A stretch of DNA of 64,000 nucleotides from Felis catus. Its lineage: Eukaryota. The stretch spans positions 59,522,001-59,586,000 of the forward strand of contig NC_058382.1 of the NCBI RefSeq assembly GCF_018350175.1. The letters are read 5' to 3'. Position numbers and translations under genes: made by a program. This document shows, one piece after another, positions 49,901-64,000 of the stretch. The first letter of the stretch is position 1. Each line of letters begins with the position of its first letter. The notes under the pieces are model-generated. The model did not search any database. It was not told where the DNA came from and worked only from the letters and a program-made list of their open reading frames with translations.

Positions 49901-52900
49901 CCCCAGCAGAGGCCAGCCTACAGAGGGCCCCAGGAGGGAGCACAGGGAGATACATGACACACACACGGTGCTTGGCCAGGGCCCTGCCAGCCACAGCCTC
50001 CTGCGGGGAAGGACCAGCCAGCCCTCCTCCAGGGGACCAGTGGGCCTAAGCCAGTGCCCAGATAGAGGAGGGGAGTGCTCCTGCCCGAGTGGGAACAGAA
50101 GGTTCTTGTACTTCCCGTATTAAATTCTTGCACTGTTCACAAGATAACTTTCACAAACAGAAAAAAACAAACCCGAAAATGAGACCCTCAGCTGTGTGCC
50201 CACCACAGAGCACAGCCCCAGTCCTCTTCTATTCGGCCAATCTTATCCTGTTCTCAGAAAAAGCAAACTCTTTTTGAACTTAGTCTAAGAAAATCCCACA
50301 GTGGTCCCCACTCCTTCTGGGCCACCGCTCGGGGATGGGGCCATATATCAAGCCAAGGTCAAGAGGGATCCAGAGACCTACCGTGGTCTGGGTTCCAAGG
50401 GATCACTTACCGCTTCATTCCACGACAGAGAAACCAAAGCTCAGTCAAGTCCTGATGTGAGAGGCTCCCAGAGGGCCCCCAACCCCGCCAGGATCCAGCC
50501 CCCTCCTTTGGCTGTCAGCCCCCCACCTCATATTGTTTATGGCTCTGGATCACATCCCAAAAGAAACAATTACAAAGCACACAACAAGGTTTCAAAAACT
50601 GGTTTATGGAGAAACAGCCCCACAAGGTCCCATCCGGTGACAACGCTGGGCACAGGCTCACGGCAGTGGCTCCTCGGGGCGTGGCCCTGCATGGCCCCTG
50701 CTCCAGCCCACCCTACACCAGAGCAGATGCCTGGGGGGGACAGCGACTCCCCACACCTCACCTGTGGCTGTCAGGGCGTGGGACTTCAAGATCAAGCAGC
50801 ATAAATGTGCTTCTTCTCCAAGTAGGCTATGTGATCTCAAATAACAACCAAAAGTAAAATCAGACTAAAAAAGCACGGGTTCGGAGCCCTTCCTAGGTTT
50901 GGTTGGTCTCCCTGTGAGCACACAAAGGACCAAGCCTCGGTGCTGCCGCTGGTCGCCCACGCCACCGAGCACTCGGTACTTTGGCACTGTCTCGTCCCTG
51001 TGCACAGCTTCGGGCAAGCCAACAGCGTCATGGCTTTCTCTACTCACTCAACGCTTCTGAGAACGTGTAGCCAGGTGACATTCTGGATCTCCCAAACATA
51101 GACAGGGACGTCAGCGTATGTTAGCACTGGGATTGGCCACGGACTGGGGCACGCTAGCCTCAAGCCAGGGAGGGCTGCATGAGAACATTCCCATAAGCAT
51201 TCCTAGCACTTGGAGCACGAAGGCAGAAGACGGGGTGAAAGGTTCTCACACTGCAGGACAGCCTCCTCAAAGCACTGAGTCTACACGGGGCGCTCGTCCT
51301 CAACACAGCAGACACCGTGGGCACGAGGGGCTCAGAAATCCCAGGAATCCCGTGACTGAGTTGCCAAGTAAAGGGACTGGACAGGTTCTTCTGCATCACC
51401 GCTCACGAGCACTACAAGGTGACCACACCTCAGCAGGGCGAGACACCCGGACAGCCCACAGATAGAAATCCAGCCCCGAACATGGCAACCGTCGAGCACA
51501 GAGGATCAGCTGGCTGACGGAGGGGCCTTGCCCGACTGGGCCCCAGCACTAAACCACGCCAGGTTCTCAGGGAAAGAGGAAGTCTGCCACGGCGGCTCCG
51601 GCTCGAAGTCTGTTCCACATGAAGTGGGAAAGCAGGCCCGGCCTGCTCCTAACCGTAGACCCCCGTGGCAGCCCTCCCGCCCTCTGCCTTGGCCAGAAGG
51701 AACGCCGGGGGTACAGGCACCCACCCAAGCCACCTGGATTAGGACAAGAGGGGAGGGAGGGAAGGAGGGAGCAGCGGGTGGCTGGGTGGCTGTGACCCTG
51801 AGCAACAGCCACAGGGAGCCAGCTGCCCAGACAGAGGGACTGAGGGGTGAGGCCAGGAAGCGAGGCCCCGTCTGGACCGTGGGAGGGAGGATTCTGGAAC
51901 CCCCGCCTCACAAGGCCTCCAAACCTGCTCCCCAGCAGCAGACACTGCAGGTCTAAGCTGGGCGGGCCAGCGTAACCAGAGAGACCGCCAGGCCCGATTC
52001 GCACAGGGAAGAAATCAAGGCCATTTGCAGCAGCCTTATGCAGGGAACCTTCAGCCCCAACACAGAGGAACCCAAAGACTCACATCGGAAACCTCTAATC
52101 ACGTGCTTCCGGGTCAAGTCCAGAACAGCACATGCCCAGGTGTGCACAGACACAACTGAGGCTCCTGCCACCATAAAGCACAACAGACGTCCCCGGTGTC
52201 ACGGCAGCTCGGTGGCGAGTAAAGGTGACATCAACCGGCGGAAAACGTCCAAAGACCAACCCGGATCCACCTGCCACCTTCCCCCAGTCAAGCTCCATAA
52301 GGGCGTAGACAGCCCCTGAATTGGGCCATTCAGGTTCCTTTTGGGGACCTGCTTTATCAAAACCCCAGCTGCCTTTAGGCTTCCAACCACAACTTCAGCC
52401 TTGTTGAATCCTCACCTGCAACAAATTAACGGGCTGGAAGCCGCCCTGACGAGTGGGGTGCGCACTCTGCCGGAAGGGGCGCCTGCTGGGACTGGTTTGC
52501 ACGGACCCTGCACACTCACCTACAAACTGGAAACCAGAACCGGCCACGGATACGCCAAGTGGGAAACAACACGTACTCTGGGCCCCCGGCTGCACAGGTG
52601 ACACACTCTCACCATCCACCGCCACGGACCCCCCCTGGCATTACCCAGGCCACTGCCCACCCTTCGGCCCCACAGGCCCCCGTCTGACACCAGAGACGGG
52701 ACGGTGCGAATGCAGCCAACAGCCACTGCCAGTGGAAACCACGTAAAAAGGCCCACGCTCCAGAAGCAGGTCCCACAGTCTGGGTTTGAGACCGGTTTTT
52801 CATCAGAAAGGTTCATCTTCGATCCAAATGGGTTTCAAGGATGAGGGGAGGCCCAGGTGGAAAAGCCTCAGAATGAGCCTCCGAGAGAGCCCCAGGCTCG

Positions 52901-53314
52901 GGCAAAGTGGGACACACAGCGGCCACACACCCAGCGGGCCTTGCCCTGTCCTGCCCAAGGCTTCGCGGACCTGGTTACTGCCATGCGGGAGCAGCCACAA
53001 GGGGCAGGGATGGGAACGCTTGGAGGTTTGCTTGGTCCTGCGGAAGACACGAACACAGACCACGCCTCAGCCTGACTCCAGGTCCTACCAGAAGCATGTG
53101 AGGGGCGAGCTCAGCATCTCCGACAGCCGGCCAGGAGGGACCCCCTCCCCCCCGCCTTCTCCACTTGCCTCCTTCCCGCGTCAAAGTCTGAACAGAACCT
53201 CCTAGAAAGTCTGCCCTTTAGGGGCCATGCCCCAGAGCTTATCAATTCTATGATTCTGGGAAGCAAAGGAAGTTCAAAGTTGCCAAATGTACTGAAGCTA
53301 CAGCAATAGGGATT

Positions 53315-53320
53315 TTTATT
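53315..53320 (-). terminator. Candidate FBXO31 polyadenylation signal AATAAA (~1.45 kb 3'UTR)
   Basis: Plus-strand tttatt. On the mRNA it is directly preceded by a ~25 nt U tract (plus-strand A run 53322-53346). Longer UTR isoforms are not excluded. Confidence 0.55.
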
Positions 53321-54770
53321 TAAAAAAAAAAAAAAAAAAAAAAAAACAAGGCCAGTCAGGGAGAAATTCGTCAGGAAAACAGGACATGTTTCATGGGACA
53401 TCTCAAGTTGGTCTCTACATGAAGGCACCACAAAGCTGCCCCCTTCCCTGGGGTCCCTTGCCCCCAGCACAAGGGCTCAGCACAGTCCACCCAGCAGGGA
53501 CGAGCCACAGACAGGGGGATGAAGTCTGCCCCCCGCCCCGGTGGAGCGCCTGCCATGCAAGGGGAGCATGGTGACAGCTCTCTGCAGGCTGGAAGCGGAG
53601 CAGGAGCTAATTCTTGGGGGTCTACGTGCATTCAGGGCTCTGTTCTTCAGGAGACACTAAGATCAGCAGAGACCTTACAACAGTGGGTCCCCAAACGCAG
53701 GTGTCCATGGGACACGGGCACACCACCGGCAGAAGCGTCCGTGCTCAGGGTCTCCACACTGGAGGAGCCCGAGATGCCCTGGTCTCCAAAGTGCATTCCA
53801 CATGTATGGGGTGACTTTTCTAGAAAGCTGCCCTGTTACCCACAAAGGGGCTCCAAAGTCATCTTGTGCAACCACTCTGCTGCTTTAACACTTCCGAGAA
53901 CAGCACCTGTGTATACTAAGCAAATGGGAAAAGGCAGGGCTGGTTCAGATGTGGCCCTGCAGAATTCTGAAGAAGGTTCTGGGACAAGTGGCTCAGCTCA
54001 GGCTTCTGACACCAGAGCATGTGCAGGAGGTGGATGGGGGGGGGGGGGGGGGGTGCAAACAAATGCCCTGCCTCGAATTGGCTGCAGCAAAGGTCTTGAT
54101 TCTAAAGCTGGAGAGAGGCCAGGGCCTCCAAGCTGCCCAAAGGCCCACCATGACGTTTCCTACTGACCCGTATCACTAACCCCACTGCGCTGATTCACAA
54201 GCCCATCAGAGGTGAAATGCTTCTGTCCAAAATCCAAGCATGTTAGTAAAGACACAGGAATTCAGTCCAGGGTCCTGGCCTGATACACCCAACCCCCTGG
54301 AGCTCCCTCACTGCACACACTGTGCCCCACCCAGGCTGTAGAACGCTCACCTCACAGAGGCCCTCGCCCAGACCCCTGCCAGACCGCAGCCACGGTCACT
54401 CGCCTCACACATGATCCCGACCGTTAGCCCCCAGGGTCGCTTTGCCTGACCCAAAAAACGTTCAGCAGGCCAAGGACAAACCCAGTTTCTCCAGCTGAGT
54501 TGTTCACAAAACTGTGCAGCCAGCCCTCTCCATCAGTTCTGTCCTGGGTCATTCTTTCTGTGAGACAAGCTCAGTCAGCCTTCCCATGAGCTACTGACGA
54601 GGACACGGGCATACGTCGCACACTCTGTACAGAGTTTTGGGGTGGCTGGGCCGAGACTCCTACGAGGTGGGTGTTCTGGTCAGAAGGCCGAATCTCCAAA
54701 GTGCATGCTGCTTCCTGTCCCGGGCGGCAGGGTCCGGGGCCCCGGGAGCCGCCCCACAGGAAGTGGCCCG

Positions 54771-55133
<363 letters not shown>

Positions 55134-57677
55134 TCAAGGCCCACGAGAGCCCGTCTTGCCCGGATCACCTAGCAACCCTAACTGCCCAATGCACCAAACC
55201 ACGGGCCAATGGTTGGGCTCACCCAGCTAAAGGAAGAGGGTCTCCAGCAGCCCCAACCACGTACCACTGTCCCAAAAGACACCTTCACAAAGCTAGCCCA
55301 GGTAACCAGCCTTAATTCCAGGGATGCTTATGTTAGCACGTCAACGACTCAAATACAATCAATAAAGACTTACTGTCACGAACCCAGCAGGCAGAACTTC
55401 CAGATTTCCATAAGGCCACGTTTCAAGTTTCAAGACCAGGGTCAGACTAAGCTACGTTTACGTCTTTCTTGCCAAGAATTTGGGGCTCCTACAGATAGGT
55501 AATAGGGACGGGGGCTGGGCCCATCTCCTGGGACCCCCACCTCCAGCCACCACACCAAGGCTCCCCTGGGCGGGAGAGGAGAGCAGGCCTGTGCCTGAGG
55601 GTGTGCACAGGAGGGTGTCTGGGGAAAACCTAACGTGGGAAAGCAGCACCAGAGGCCACAGGGAGGCCAGGTCCTGAATTGGTGCGGTGGCAAGGCCTCG
55701 CAGACACAAGAACTGAACAGGAGGGACCGCAGCACGCCCCTCCCAGGTCACAGAGCCCAATATTCAGCAGGTCCTGCATGTCCACCGCAGGGCTGGCCTC
55801 AGAGCGCCCTGGGGAGCCACGGATGAGCCACAAAACACTACGAGTTTTCCATTTCCTAAGGACAGCAGAGCCCTATTTCATGACCTTTGATAAATTCACA
55901 TCAGTCTAAATCCTACCGGAATGCGATTTGCATGCCTCCTCCAGGAAAACCCAAATTCAGCCACTTTGGTGACAATTGAGCAGCATGAAGAAATGGAATT
56001 GATTTTCCCAGTGGGAGACAACAGAACACACGCTGATCTCTGCTCAGGTTCCTGGAGCTGGGCTCCTGAAACCCACATAAATTCCGAGAGGATAAGAACA
56101 CTAGGAGTTGACTCAGGTGGCTCCCGGATGGCAGGTGGATCAGAAGCCTGGAATCCTCGGCTGCTCCGCGATCCCCCAGAGAGGGGAGAGGGCTACAAAC
56201 GGAGCTAATGACCAACCAGGCCTACGGTCTGGAAACCTCCAGAACAACCCACAGTATGGGGTTCAGGGAGCTCTCAGGTGGGGAAACACGTCCACCCCAG
56301 TCCCAGGGCGGGTCAGGGTCCCACGCATCTCGTCGTGTGACTGTCCATCTATGTCCTTTGTCACCGCCTTCAGCAAGATGGTGAATGTAGTGTTTCCCTG
56401 ACTTCCGTGAGCCGCCCCAGCACATTCATTGAACATGAGGAGGGGGTCGCGGAATCCCCGACCTACAGCTGACTGGTCGGAAGCACGGAGACAAACTGGA
56501 CTGATTACAGGCAGCTGAGGGGGCAGGGCAGTCTTGCAGGGTCTGACATCATCCTGGGTGCACAGTGTCAGGACCCAGTAGAGTGGCAGACACCGGCTGG
56601 CATCATGGAGAATTGCTTGCAGGTGTGGGGCACTGGGCACTCAGAGCCAATTTAGCCGCCCAGCCCATGCAGACACTTCAGTCCTCCTCAGGGAGCTCAG
56701 TGCCCTGCCCACACTCTAGTGGGCATGTGAAGTGCCAGTCACAGGGCCCAGGGGTCAAGGCAACAGACCTCTGCACATAACTGGACACACGTGGAAGCCA
56801 AGCGGCTATGATGCCACGAGACGGGTCATTCCCTCAACACGTCCTCTAGGGCGACGGTCCAGGAGAACTTCCTGCAATAATGGAACATTCTAGACCTGCA
56901 GAGCCCAACACAGCCATGGCTGCCGGCTGGGGATGCGGCCAATGTGACTGAGGACCCGAGTCTGTCCTTTTAGGTCATCTCAGCTCCAGCAGCCCTGGAG
57001 GTTAGGGCTGGGGCGAGGGTCTCCTCATGTGTCCTCCAGGGCTGGGTCCGGGGCGGATGAAGGGAGAGGCCTGAGACAAAACCCTAAGAACATGAGTCAA
57101 GAAGCAGGAAGCCGGCCCTGCGTCAGGGAACCTCCCAGCCTCTGTGGGGAGGACAGTGCACCACCAGCCCTTTACACATGCTTTCTGAGTTGGGAGGGAA
57201 TCCACAGGAAGAAATGAAGGACTGACGCTGGAGTATGTCCAGCAGGAGACGGAGGGAGACTCCCAACAGGCCTCACCGGCAAGGACACCAGGTGAACTCA
57301 AGCCGGCTTCTAGGGACACAGGTTGGGGAGGGCCCCCTCCTCACCGGCTACCTTCGCCACCGCCAGTAGACTCAGCTGTCTACCCTTCCCCTGACTGACT
57401 GTGCAATGGCAGGCATCTGAGAGGAGGCCTCACGCCTGGCGGTTCTAATAAGCCCCCTTTGAGGCTCCCCAGGGGTGAGAGCTCAGGAGCCCCCGAAGTC
57501 TGAGATGTGGCCGTGCAGCCCAGGGAAGGACGCTGCCCACTCGGGCCCGAGCTGGAACCCAGAGAGAGTTCCCCGCCCAATGCAGCGAGCCCTGCGCTGG
57601 CCCCACAGCCCGCGTCCACGCTGGCTGGGCAGGGGGGCTCTCCGGAAGGCCTGTCGCGGCCGCCCTGGCATCCTTAC

Positions 57678-58078
57678 CACATCCTGCAGGTGCGGGGGTA
57701 GTCCTCGTTCCGCGAGCTCACGCCCACAGGCAACACGAACGGCTGCCCCTGCCCGGACTGGGCCGGCTGCTCGGGTGCAGGCGCCGCTGCGGCCGCGGCC
57801 TCTCCGTCCGCAGGCCCCCCGCCCTTCTCGGCAGGCAGCTCCACGCTGGGCTGGGCAGGGCCCCGCTGGGGCTCGCGGGGGCTCTGCGGGGCGCGGCCAT
57901 CGCCGTCCTCGGCCCCGTCCTCCTGCTGCTGCTGCTCCTGGCGCACCTGCTCCCGAACCTCCAGGACGATGCGGGACAGCTCGTTGAAGCTGCGGAGGCT
58001 CTCCACGTCGGGCAGCTGGATGCGGTGCATGAGGTCGATCTCCACCGTCTGCTGCCCAGCAGGGATGTTGGGGTCACC
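57678..58078 (-). CDS. FBXO31: FBXO31 coding exon (exon 8 equivalent), 401 nt
   Basis: Acceptor gctcctcag|GGT, donor TG|gtaagg. Translates [44 protein letters not shown]...[21 protein letters not shown]. Confidence 0.97.
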
Positions 58079-58426
58079 CTGAGGAGCGAGCGGGCGGCCG
58101 TCAGCGGGGCTCAGAGACCGGCACAGACACGCTGCACGGTTTCCAGCTCAGAGCACAGCACACCTCTGGCCAAAGGAGCTCACTCCAGCATTCCCACCGA
58201 CTTAGCAGCAACTCCTTACGAGGTAAGAACGTCTTAGATGCCCGTAAAAACTAAGTGCCTACGGCAGGCAACCCATCTGTGAAGGGGTCTTTGAAAACAC
58301 GGACCTGACAGCATCCGAGTGACCTTGTGAGGTGCACAGGCCCCCGGCACAGTGGCTCATGTGTGCTTGAGACCTCCAGGTGTAAAAACCTTCCCAGTCT
58401 GGAGGGGCTAAGACTGGGGCTTAGAT

Positions 58427-58614
58427 GGGGCACCTGGGTGGCTCAGTTGGTTAAGCGTCTCTTGATTTCTGCTCGAGTCACAATCTCACGGTCATGAGAC
58501 CCACATTGGGCACCATGGTCAGAGTGGAGCCTGCTTAAGAGTCTCCTTTCTCTGCCTCTGACCATCTCCCTCTCTAAATAGAAGAAAATAAGATAAGATA
58601 AAAAAAAAAAAAAA
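58427..58614 (+). mobile_element. CanSINE in FBXO31 intron 7
   Basis: Head ggggcacctgggtggctcag, A tail, TSD ctggggcttaga. Confidence 0.9.
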
Positions 58615-59368
58615 CCTGGGGCTTAGAGAAGTGCACAGACCCTCCTGGCCTGAGCGCCAGCCCAGATCTGTCTGTCCGGGACGCAAACGCTCCTGAGCCT
58701 GAACCCAGGAGCTCCTCCAGGCCCTGCAGCTCCGCACGGGACCCCAGGGCTGCGCTCTGCTCACAAGAAGCCTTGCCAGAGCACAGGGGCCCTGGCCGAC
58801 CAGGATTCAAGAAGAAGGCTTTGTGAGAACTAGGAAGAGGCATTCCTCCCCGGGACGCTTCGGTGCACCTGCCAGAAAGGCGCCCTGGCTATGCAAATGA
58901 CAGGTGAGCACGGTGTGACCGGTGTCGATGAGGCAGGGACAGAGGGCTGATTTGTTTAAGACCCGCCCCCCGCCACCTTCAGCTCAACAATCCTCCAACT
59001 GTGTGCACCAGCTGCTGAGGTCAGGACGGGCAGTGGGAGCCCGTGTAATAACGCAGGGGGCTCCGATGTGGCAGCACCCTACCGTCACCTGGGGAACTCC
59101 TGGAGCCACGCACCCAGGTCGCCCTCCATGGATCAGAGTCTCTAGGGCCCGACATCAGTGTTTTCTCAACATCTCCAGGGACTCTGGCGTGTGGCCAGGA
59201 CCGGGTGCCATGGCGTAAGGCCACCTGAGAAACGCTCCCGATCCCCTAGAGGTCTTGTGAAATGCAAATCCTGCTTCAGTGGGTCTGGCTAGGCCTGACA
59301 ATCTGCATCCCTGGCAAAGCCACGGCTCCAGGGCCCACTGTGAGTAGCCAGGGTGGCGCCAGACTCAC

Positions 59369-59522
59369 CGTGATCTTCGTGCCCCTGGCCCGCTTCCCGT
59401 GGAAGCTGAGCATGACGATCTCCAGGCCGTGGCTGCCATAGGTGCCTTTGAAGAGGCCGGGTCTGATGAGGTCGTCCGGGTGGCTGGGCGGGAGGTAGAT
59501 GCGGCGGTACGTCAGGCAGTTG
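59369..59522 (-). CDS. FBXO31: FBXO31 coding exon (exon 7 equivalent), 154 nt
   Basis: Acceptor ccccccacag|C, donor ACG|gtgagt. Translates [51 protein letters not shown]. Confidence 0.97.
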
Positions 59523-60116
59523 CTGTGGGGGGACAGGTGGCTTGAGAGCAGCTCGGGCGGGGGGACGGGGAGGCAGAGTACAGAGCTCACGCACCCCCCT
59601 GCCTGGTGACGGAGGGCCGGCAGGGCAGGGCGGCCGGTACAGCCCGGTTAGGGTCCTCCCAGGCCAGTGGGGGGCAGGAGGCACACCGCGTCACTGAGCC
59701 TCAGTCGTCGCCCCCTCAAAACACACGCGGGGCACACGTCACACCTCATCGGATTCTACCAGGGCTTACGCTCTACCGGGCACCGCAGGGCAGCTGTGGC
59801 GGGTAGAGCTCTCTGCAGAGGGGGAGGGGATGCCACTCCGGCTCTGTCATCCCGGCACAGGGACCCGAGACTGCGGAGGGGGCGTTCGCTGCACCAGGGG
59901 TTGTTTATGTGGGACCCGGGGACAGGGCCCAGGGGCAGAGGCCAAGGCAGGGAGAGCAGCTAAGAGAGGCGGAGGCCTCCCCCAGCAGACGTGGCGAAAC
60001 GCCCCGAGGCTCTGGCACACGGGCCAGGCTTGTCAGAGCACGCCGCTGCTGGATGCTGGCGACAAAGCAGACAGAAAACAGATACCAAGGTAAGGCACGG
60101 TGGGGAGGACAGAAAC

Positions 60117-60575
60117 TGTACTCACAGTACTCCAGGAGAGACTATGCTCACAGTACCTACCAAGAGAGGGTCTGTATTCACACCACCCACAGAGGGAGCT
60201 GCGCTCAGTAACCATGAAGGGGGACTAGGCTCACAGTACCCACAAAGGGAGCTGCACTCAGTGTGCATAGGGACGGAGTGTGCTCAGTACCCACAGAGCA
60301 GGGGTGCACTCGGTACCCATGGAGAGGGACTGTGCTCAGTACCCACAGAGCAGGGCTGCACTCACAGTACCCACAGAGAGGGATTGAGCTCAGTACCCAC
60401 AGAAGGGGACTGCACTCAGTACCCAGAGAGAGGGACTGTACCCAGTACCCACAGAGCAAGGCTGCGCTCACAGTGCCCACGGACAGGGACCGCGCTCAGT
60501 ACCCACAGAGAGGGACTGTACCCAGTACCCACAGAGCAGGGCTGCGCTCACAATGCCCACGGAGGAGGATGCACT
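60117..60575. repeat. Minisatellite, 26-28 bp unit, ~17 copies, at the start of FBXO31 intron 6
   Basis: Unit approximately ctca(ca)gtacccacagagagggactgca. Confidence 0.92.
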
Positions 60576-60577
60576 TA

Positions 60578-60724
<147 letters not shown>

Positions 60725-61954
60725 TCACACGTAAGGCCATTCCCTGTGGCACTGAGCGGATACATGCAGCATCTTACAGCTTGGGCACGCCTGCACCACA
60801 GTCCCACTGGGGTGGACGGGATGGAGATTCGGCTGGCCAGAGACAGGGGCTGCCATACTGGGGTCTCCCGGGACCTGGCCTCCCTCCTGGGGGGTGAGTC
60901 ACCAATGAAAAGTAAGGGGCTCTGGCCCCCACTTTCCCAAACTTCAGGAAACAAGAGGGACCGTGGGGTCCCTTCAGGCAAGGCTGGGGCCACAGCCCAC
61001 GTCCGGAGCTCCCAGGCAGCAGCCACATAAGCCTCGCTTCCGTGGCCGCCATGGGATATGGTGTCTAACCCAAGCCTAGTCCTCAGGCTTCTGGGCCGCA
61101 GGACTCTTGTCGCTAAACCCCGTGCTGGTCACACTGGCTCGAGCTGCTTTCACCAGCTGCCGATGAAGAACGAGATAGGTGTGGCCGGAGGAGAATGGAG
61201 GTGCCTTCATAGCTACGTTATACGTTCAAAAAGTTTATTTGCAAGAAGGGAGGTTCTATAAACATGTGTCCTCAAAACTCAGTAATTCATTGTGCAATCA
61301 AACCATGTGAAGGATATTTAGTGCTTAATAACTTCATGGTGTGTATTTAACCTAATCCCCAGCTCTGAGTTCTGAACTCAATGTAGCATTTTTAATGACC
61401 GTCTAAAATTAGCTTTACAAACAGAAGCAAGAGAGATTTAACAACAACAACAAAATACAGAAGAGCTATAATCCGTCAGTTGCTTTAACACATCACTGCC
61501 TAACCTCGAGCCACAGTGACTGAAGCACCACAAGCTCAGTATGTACAAATCAACTGGAAGTATCTATATGAGGAGCACAAAATCGGAAAACGAACTTTTA
61601 CATCCTATTTGCAGCAGCCTCAAACAACACAAGACCTGGGACCACATGTTAGGAAACACGTGTGTGGCCCCTGCTCCGACAACCACAGCACCGAGAGGGT
61701 GCGAATGAGCCTCCGTGACAGGGGTGCCTGCAGCCGGGAGGACTCAGACCAAGCCAGCAATTCTCTCCGAATCCATCTACAGACTCAGCGCCATGACAGT
61801 CACAGTCCCACCAGGATTTCTGTAGAAAATGACAAGCCGATTCTGAAATTCATATGAAAATGAAAAGAACCTACAACATCCAAAGCCATCTTTCAAAACA
61901 ACAAAGTTGGAGGACCTCCACCAGCTCACATTATGACTTAAAGAGAAAACCACA

Positions 61955-62183
61955 GGGGCGCCTGGGTGGCACAGTCGGTTAAGCGTCCGACTTCAGCCAG
62001 GTCACGATCTCGCGGTCCGTGAATTCGAGCCCCGCGTCGGGCTCTGGGCTGATGGCTCAGAGCCCGGATCCTGTTTCCGATTCTGTGTCTCCCTCTCTCT
62101 CTGCCCCTCCCCCGTTCATGCTCTGTCTCTCTCTGTTCCAAAAATAAATTTAAAAAGTTGAAAAAAAAATTAAAAAAAAAAAA
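61955..62183 (+). mobile_element. Young SINEC_Fc inserted in an old L1, FBXO31 intron 5
   Basis: TSD aaagagaaaaccacag. Flanks show L1 ORF2 motifs (gtagaaaatgacaagccgattctgaaattcatatg). Confidence 0.93.
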
Positions 62184-62512
62184 AGAGAAAACCACAGTGA
62201 TCAAGATGGTGGTAGGAGCATCGGGACTGACAAAAACATCGATGAAATGAAACGGAGAGCCCAGAAACAGACCCATTTAGCTGGTCAGCTGATTTTTGAC
62301 ATATATGTCCAAGCCACACAATAGGAAAAAAAAAGTCTCTTTCACAAATGATGCTCAAACAACTGGACAGCCATGTGGAGAAAAGGAACCACGATCCCGG
62401 CCTCACACCACACACAAGAAATCATTCTGGATGGGCCACAGACCCAAACATAGCATGAAGCTACCATGCTTCTGAAAAGAGCAGAATCTTTGTAACTTAG
62501 GGATAGGCAATG

Positions 62513-62748
62513 TTTTTTGTTTTTTTGTTTTTTTAAGTTTGTTTTTGAGTGAAAGAGAGCATGTGCACACGTGCACACAAGCGGGGGAGGGGCAGAGAGA
62601 GAGAGAGAAGGAGATACAGAATCTGAAGCAGGCTCCAGACTCTGAGCCTTCAATGCAGAGTCCGAAGCAGGGCTTGAACACACGAACCTCAAGATCATGA
62701 CCTGAGCCGAAGTTGGACACATAACCGGCTGAGCCACCCAGGTGCCCC
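62513..62748 (-). mobile_element. CanSINE
   Basis: Poly-T, (GA)n and reversed head gagccacccaggtgcccc. Confidence 0.9.
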
Positions 62749-62812
62749 TAATTTGTGAAGGTTTTTCTTTTACGGTTATTTTTCTGTATCTTAAAAAACA
62801 CTGCCTGTCCCA

Positions 62813-63231
62813 GGGCGCCTGGTTGGCTCAGTCACTTAAGAGTCCAACTCTGGCTCATGATCTCACAGTTTGTGAGTTCAAGCCCCACACCAGGATCACT
62901 GCTGTCAGTGCTGAGACTGCTTCGAACCCTCTGTCCCCCGCTCTTTCTGCCCCTCCCCCACTCATTTTCTCTTCTCTCAAAATAAATAAACATTAAAAAA
63001 AAAGAAAACTGGGGCACCTGGGTGGCTCAGTTGGTTGGGCATCCATCTTTGGCTCAGGTCAAGATCTCACAGCTTGTGGGTTTGAGCCCCACATCGGGCT
63101 CTGTGCTGACAGTTCAGTCTTGAATCTGCTTGGGAGTCTGTGTCCCCCTCTTTCTGCCCTTCCCCCTACTCACACACTGTCTCGCTCTCTCTCTTACTCT
63201 CAACTATAAATAAATAAGGGGGAAAAAAAAA
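62813..63231 (+). mobile_element. Two tandem CanSINEs (62813-63008; 63012-63231)
   Basis: Two heads, CT bodies and A tails. Confidence 0.9.
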
Positions 63232-64000
63232 CACTTGACAAATTATACTTTACCAAAGTCAAAAGCTTCCACTCAAATGGCTGAACTCATGGAGGAAAGG
63301 CCCTCAAAAACTCAAACCGATAAGCAACAGATAAAAATGGAATTGAAGTATAAATGAGCAAGGACTTTGATGTTACCATGGTGAATAATCAGACCTGAAC
63401 TAAATACCACGGAAGATGGCTTGTGAGGAGTCATAATCTTATTTACTTTGCATGAAAAGGTCAGAGTCATTAGAAATAGCAACCAGGCCCAATTACTCAG
63501 AACAAAGGCCTTTGAAATATGTTTATTATGCAATTATCTCATGAGAGGTGCATGCACAAGGAAAACACAGGAGCCCGGAACACAGAAGACAAGAACAATG
63601 TTTCCCAGAGCTTGCTCACCACGTGCTGGCGCCATATAACCATCGTGTTCATCTTCACAGCAGCCCGGGAGACAGGTGCTAGCATCTTCCCCATCCTACA
63701 GAGGTGTGGGCCTTCGGAAACCCTTCCTATGTCACCAGGAGTAGGTGGCAGAATCACACCTCATCCAAAGTCCACGTGCTCCCTGGCCTTGCTTCCACCA
63801 GGGCCACCGTCAAGGCCGGGAGGAGCACAGGAAGCAGGGGGCTCACCCGCCCTGGTGGGCTGTGAACGTGAACCAGCAAACTGACGACACCTAACAAGAA
63901 TCTGGAACATCTTCAGGGCCTTTTACCTGGCAATCCCACAACTGTATGGTCCAAAAACCAGGTAAGGTTTTTGCACAGAGTTCAGGCAGTTCAGTTCCAG

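Noticed and set aside
53322..53346. 25-nt A run as a retrocopy tail
   Set aside because: No upstream SINE, L1 or cDNA body and no TSD; better explained as a U tract in the FBXO31 3'UTR.
57921..57940. CAG tract in FBXO31 exon 8 (EQQQQE)
   Set aside because: Only four consecutive Gln codons in a variable linker, too short to call a repeat expansion.
60117..60575. CRISPR-like appearance of ~27 bp repeats, and plus-strand repetitive ORFs of 198 and 255 aa
   Set aside because: Units are contiguous without unique spacers, the context is a eukaryotic intron, there are no cas genes, and the ORFs come from the repeat and from antisense exon sequence.

Overview
This is mammalian genomic DNA, GC-rich and almost certainly from a felid, judging by the many SINEC_Fc-type CanSINEs and a carnivore L1. 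The right half holds two tandem minus-strand genes in the same order as human 16q24.2. The last four coding exons of FBXO31 lie at 60688->54771 (upstream exons are beyond the window end). A complete 7-exon C16orf95 orthologue lies at ~43160->28819, driven from a CpG island at ~42.9-43.75 kb. All exon boundaries were read from GT/AG signals, and the phases chain without a break except at the C16orf95 first donor. The left ~28 kb is apparently intergenic: SINEs, L1, MIR/L2, MLT and DNA-transposon relics, a ~950 bp polypurine tract and CTCF-like motifs. I found no convincing new gene system. The best leads concern splicing: an in-frame FBXO31-exon8/C16orf95-exon2 read-through junction, a GC-versus-GT donor choice at C16orf95 exon 1, a duplicated symmetric exon pair in C16orf95, a minisatellite built from the FBXO31 exon-6 donor, and an inverted young SINE pair flanking C16orf95 exon 6. 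Repeat family names come from recognition by eye, not from a database search, and exon numbers follow my recollection of the human genes.
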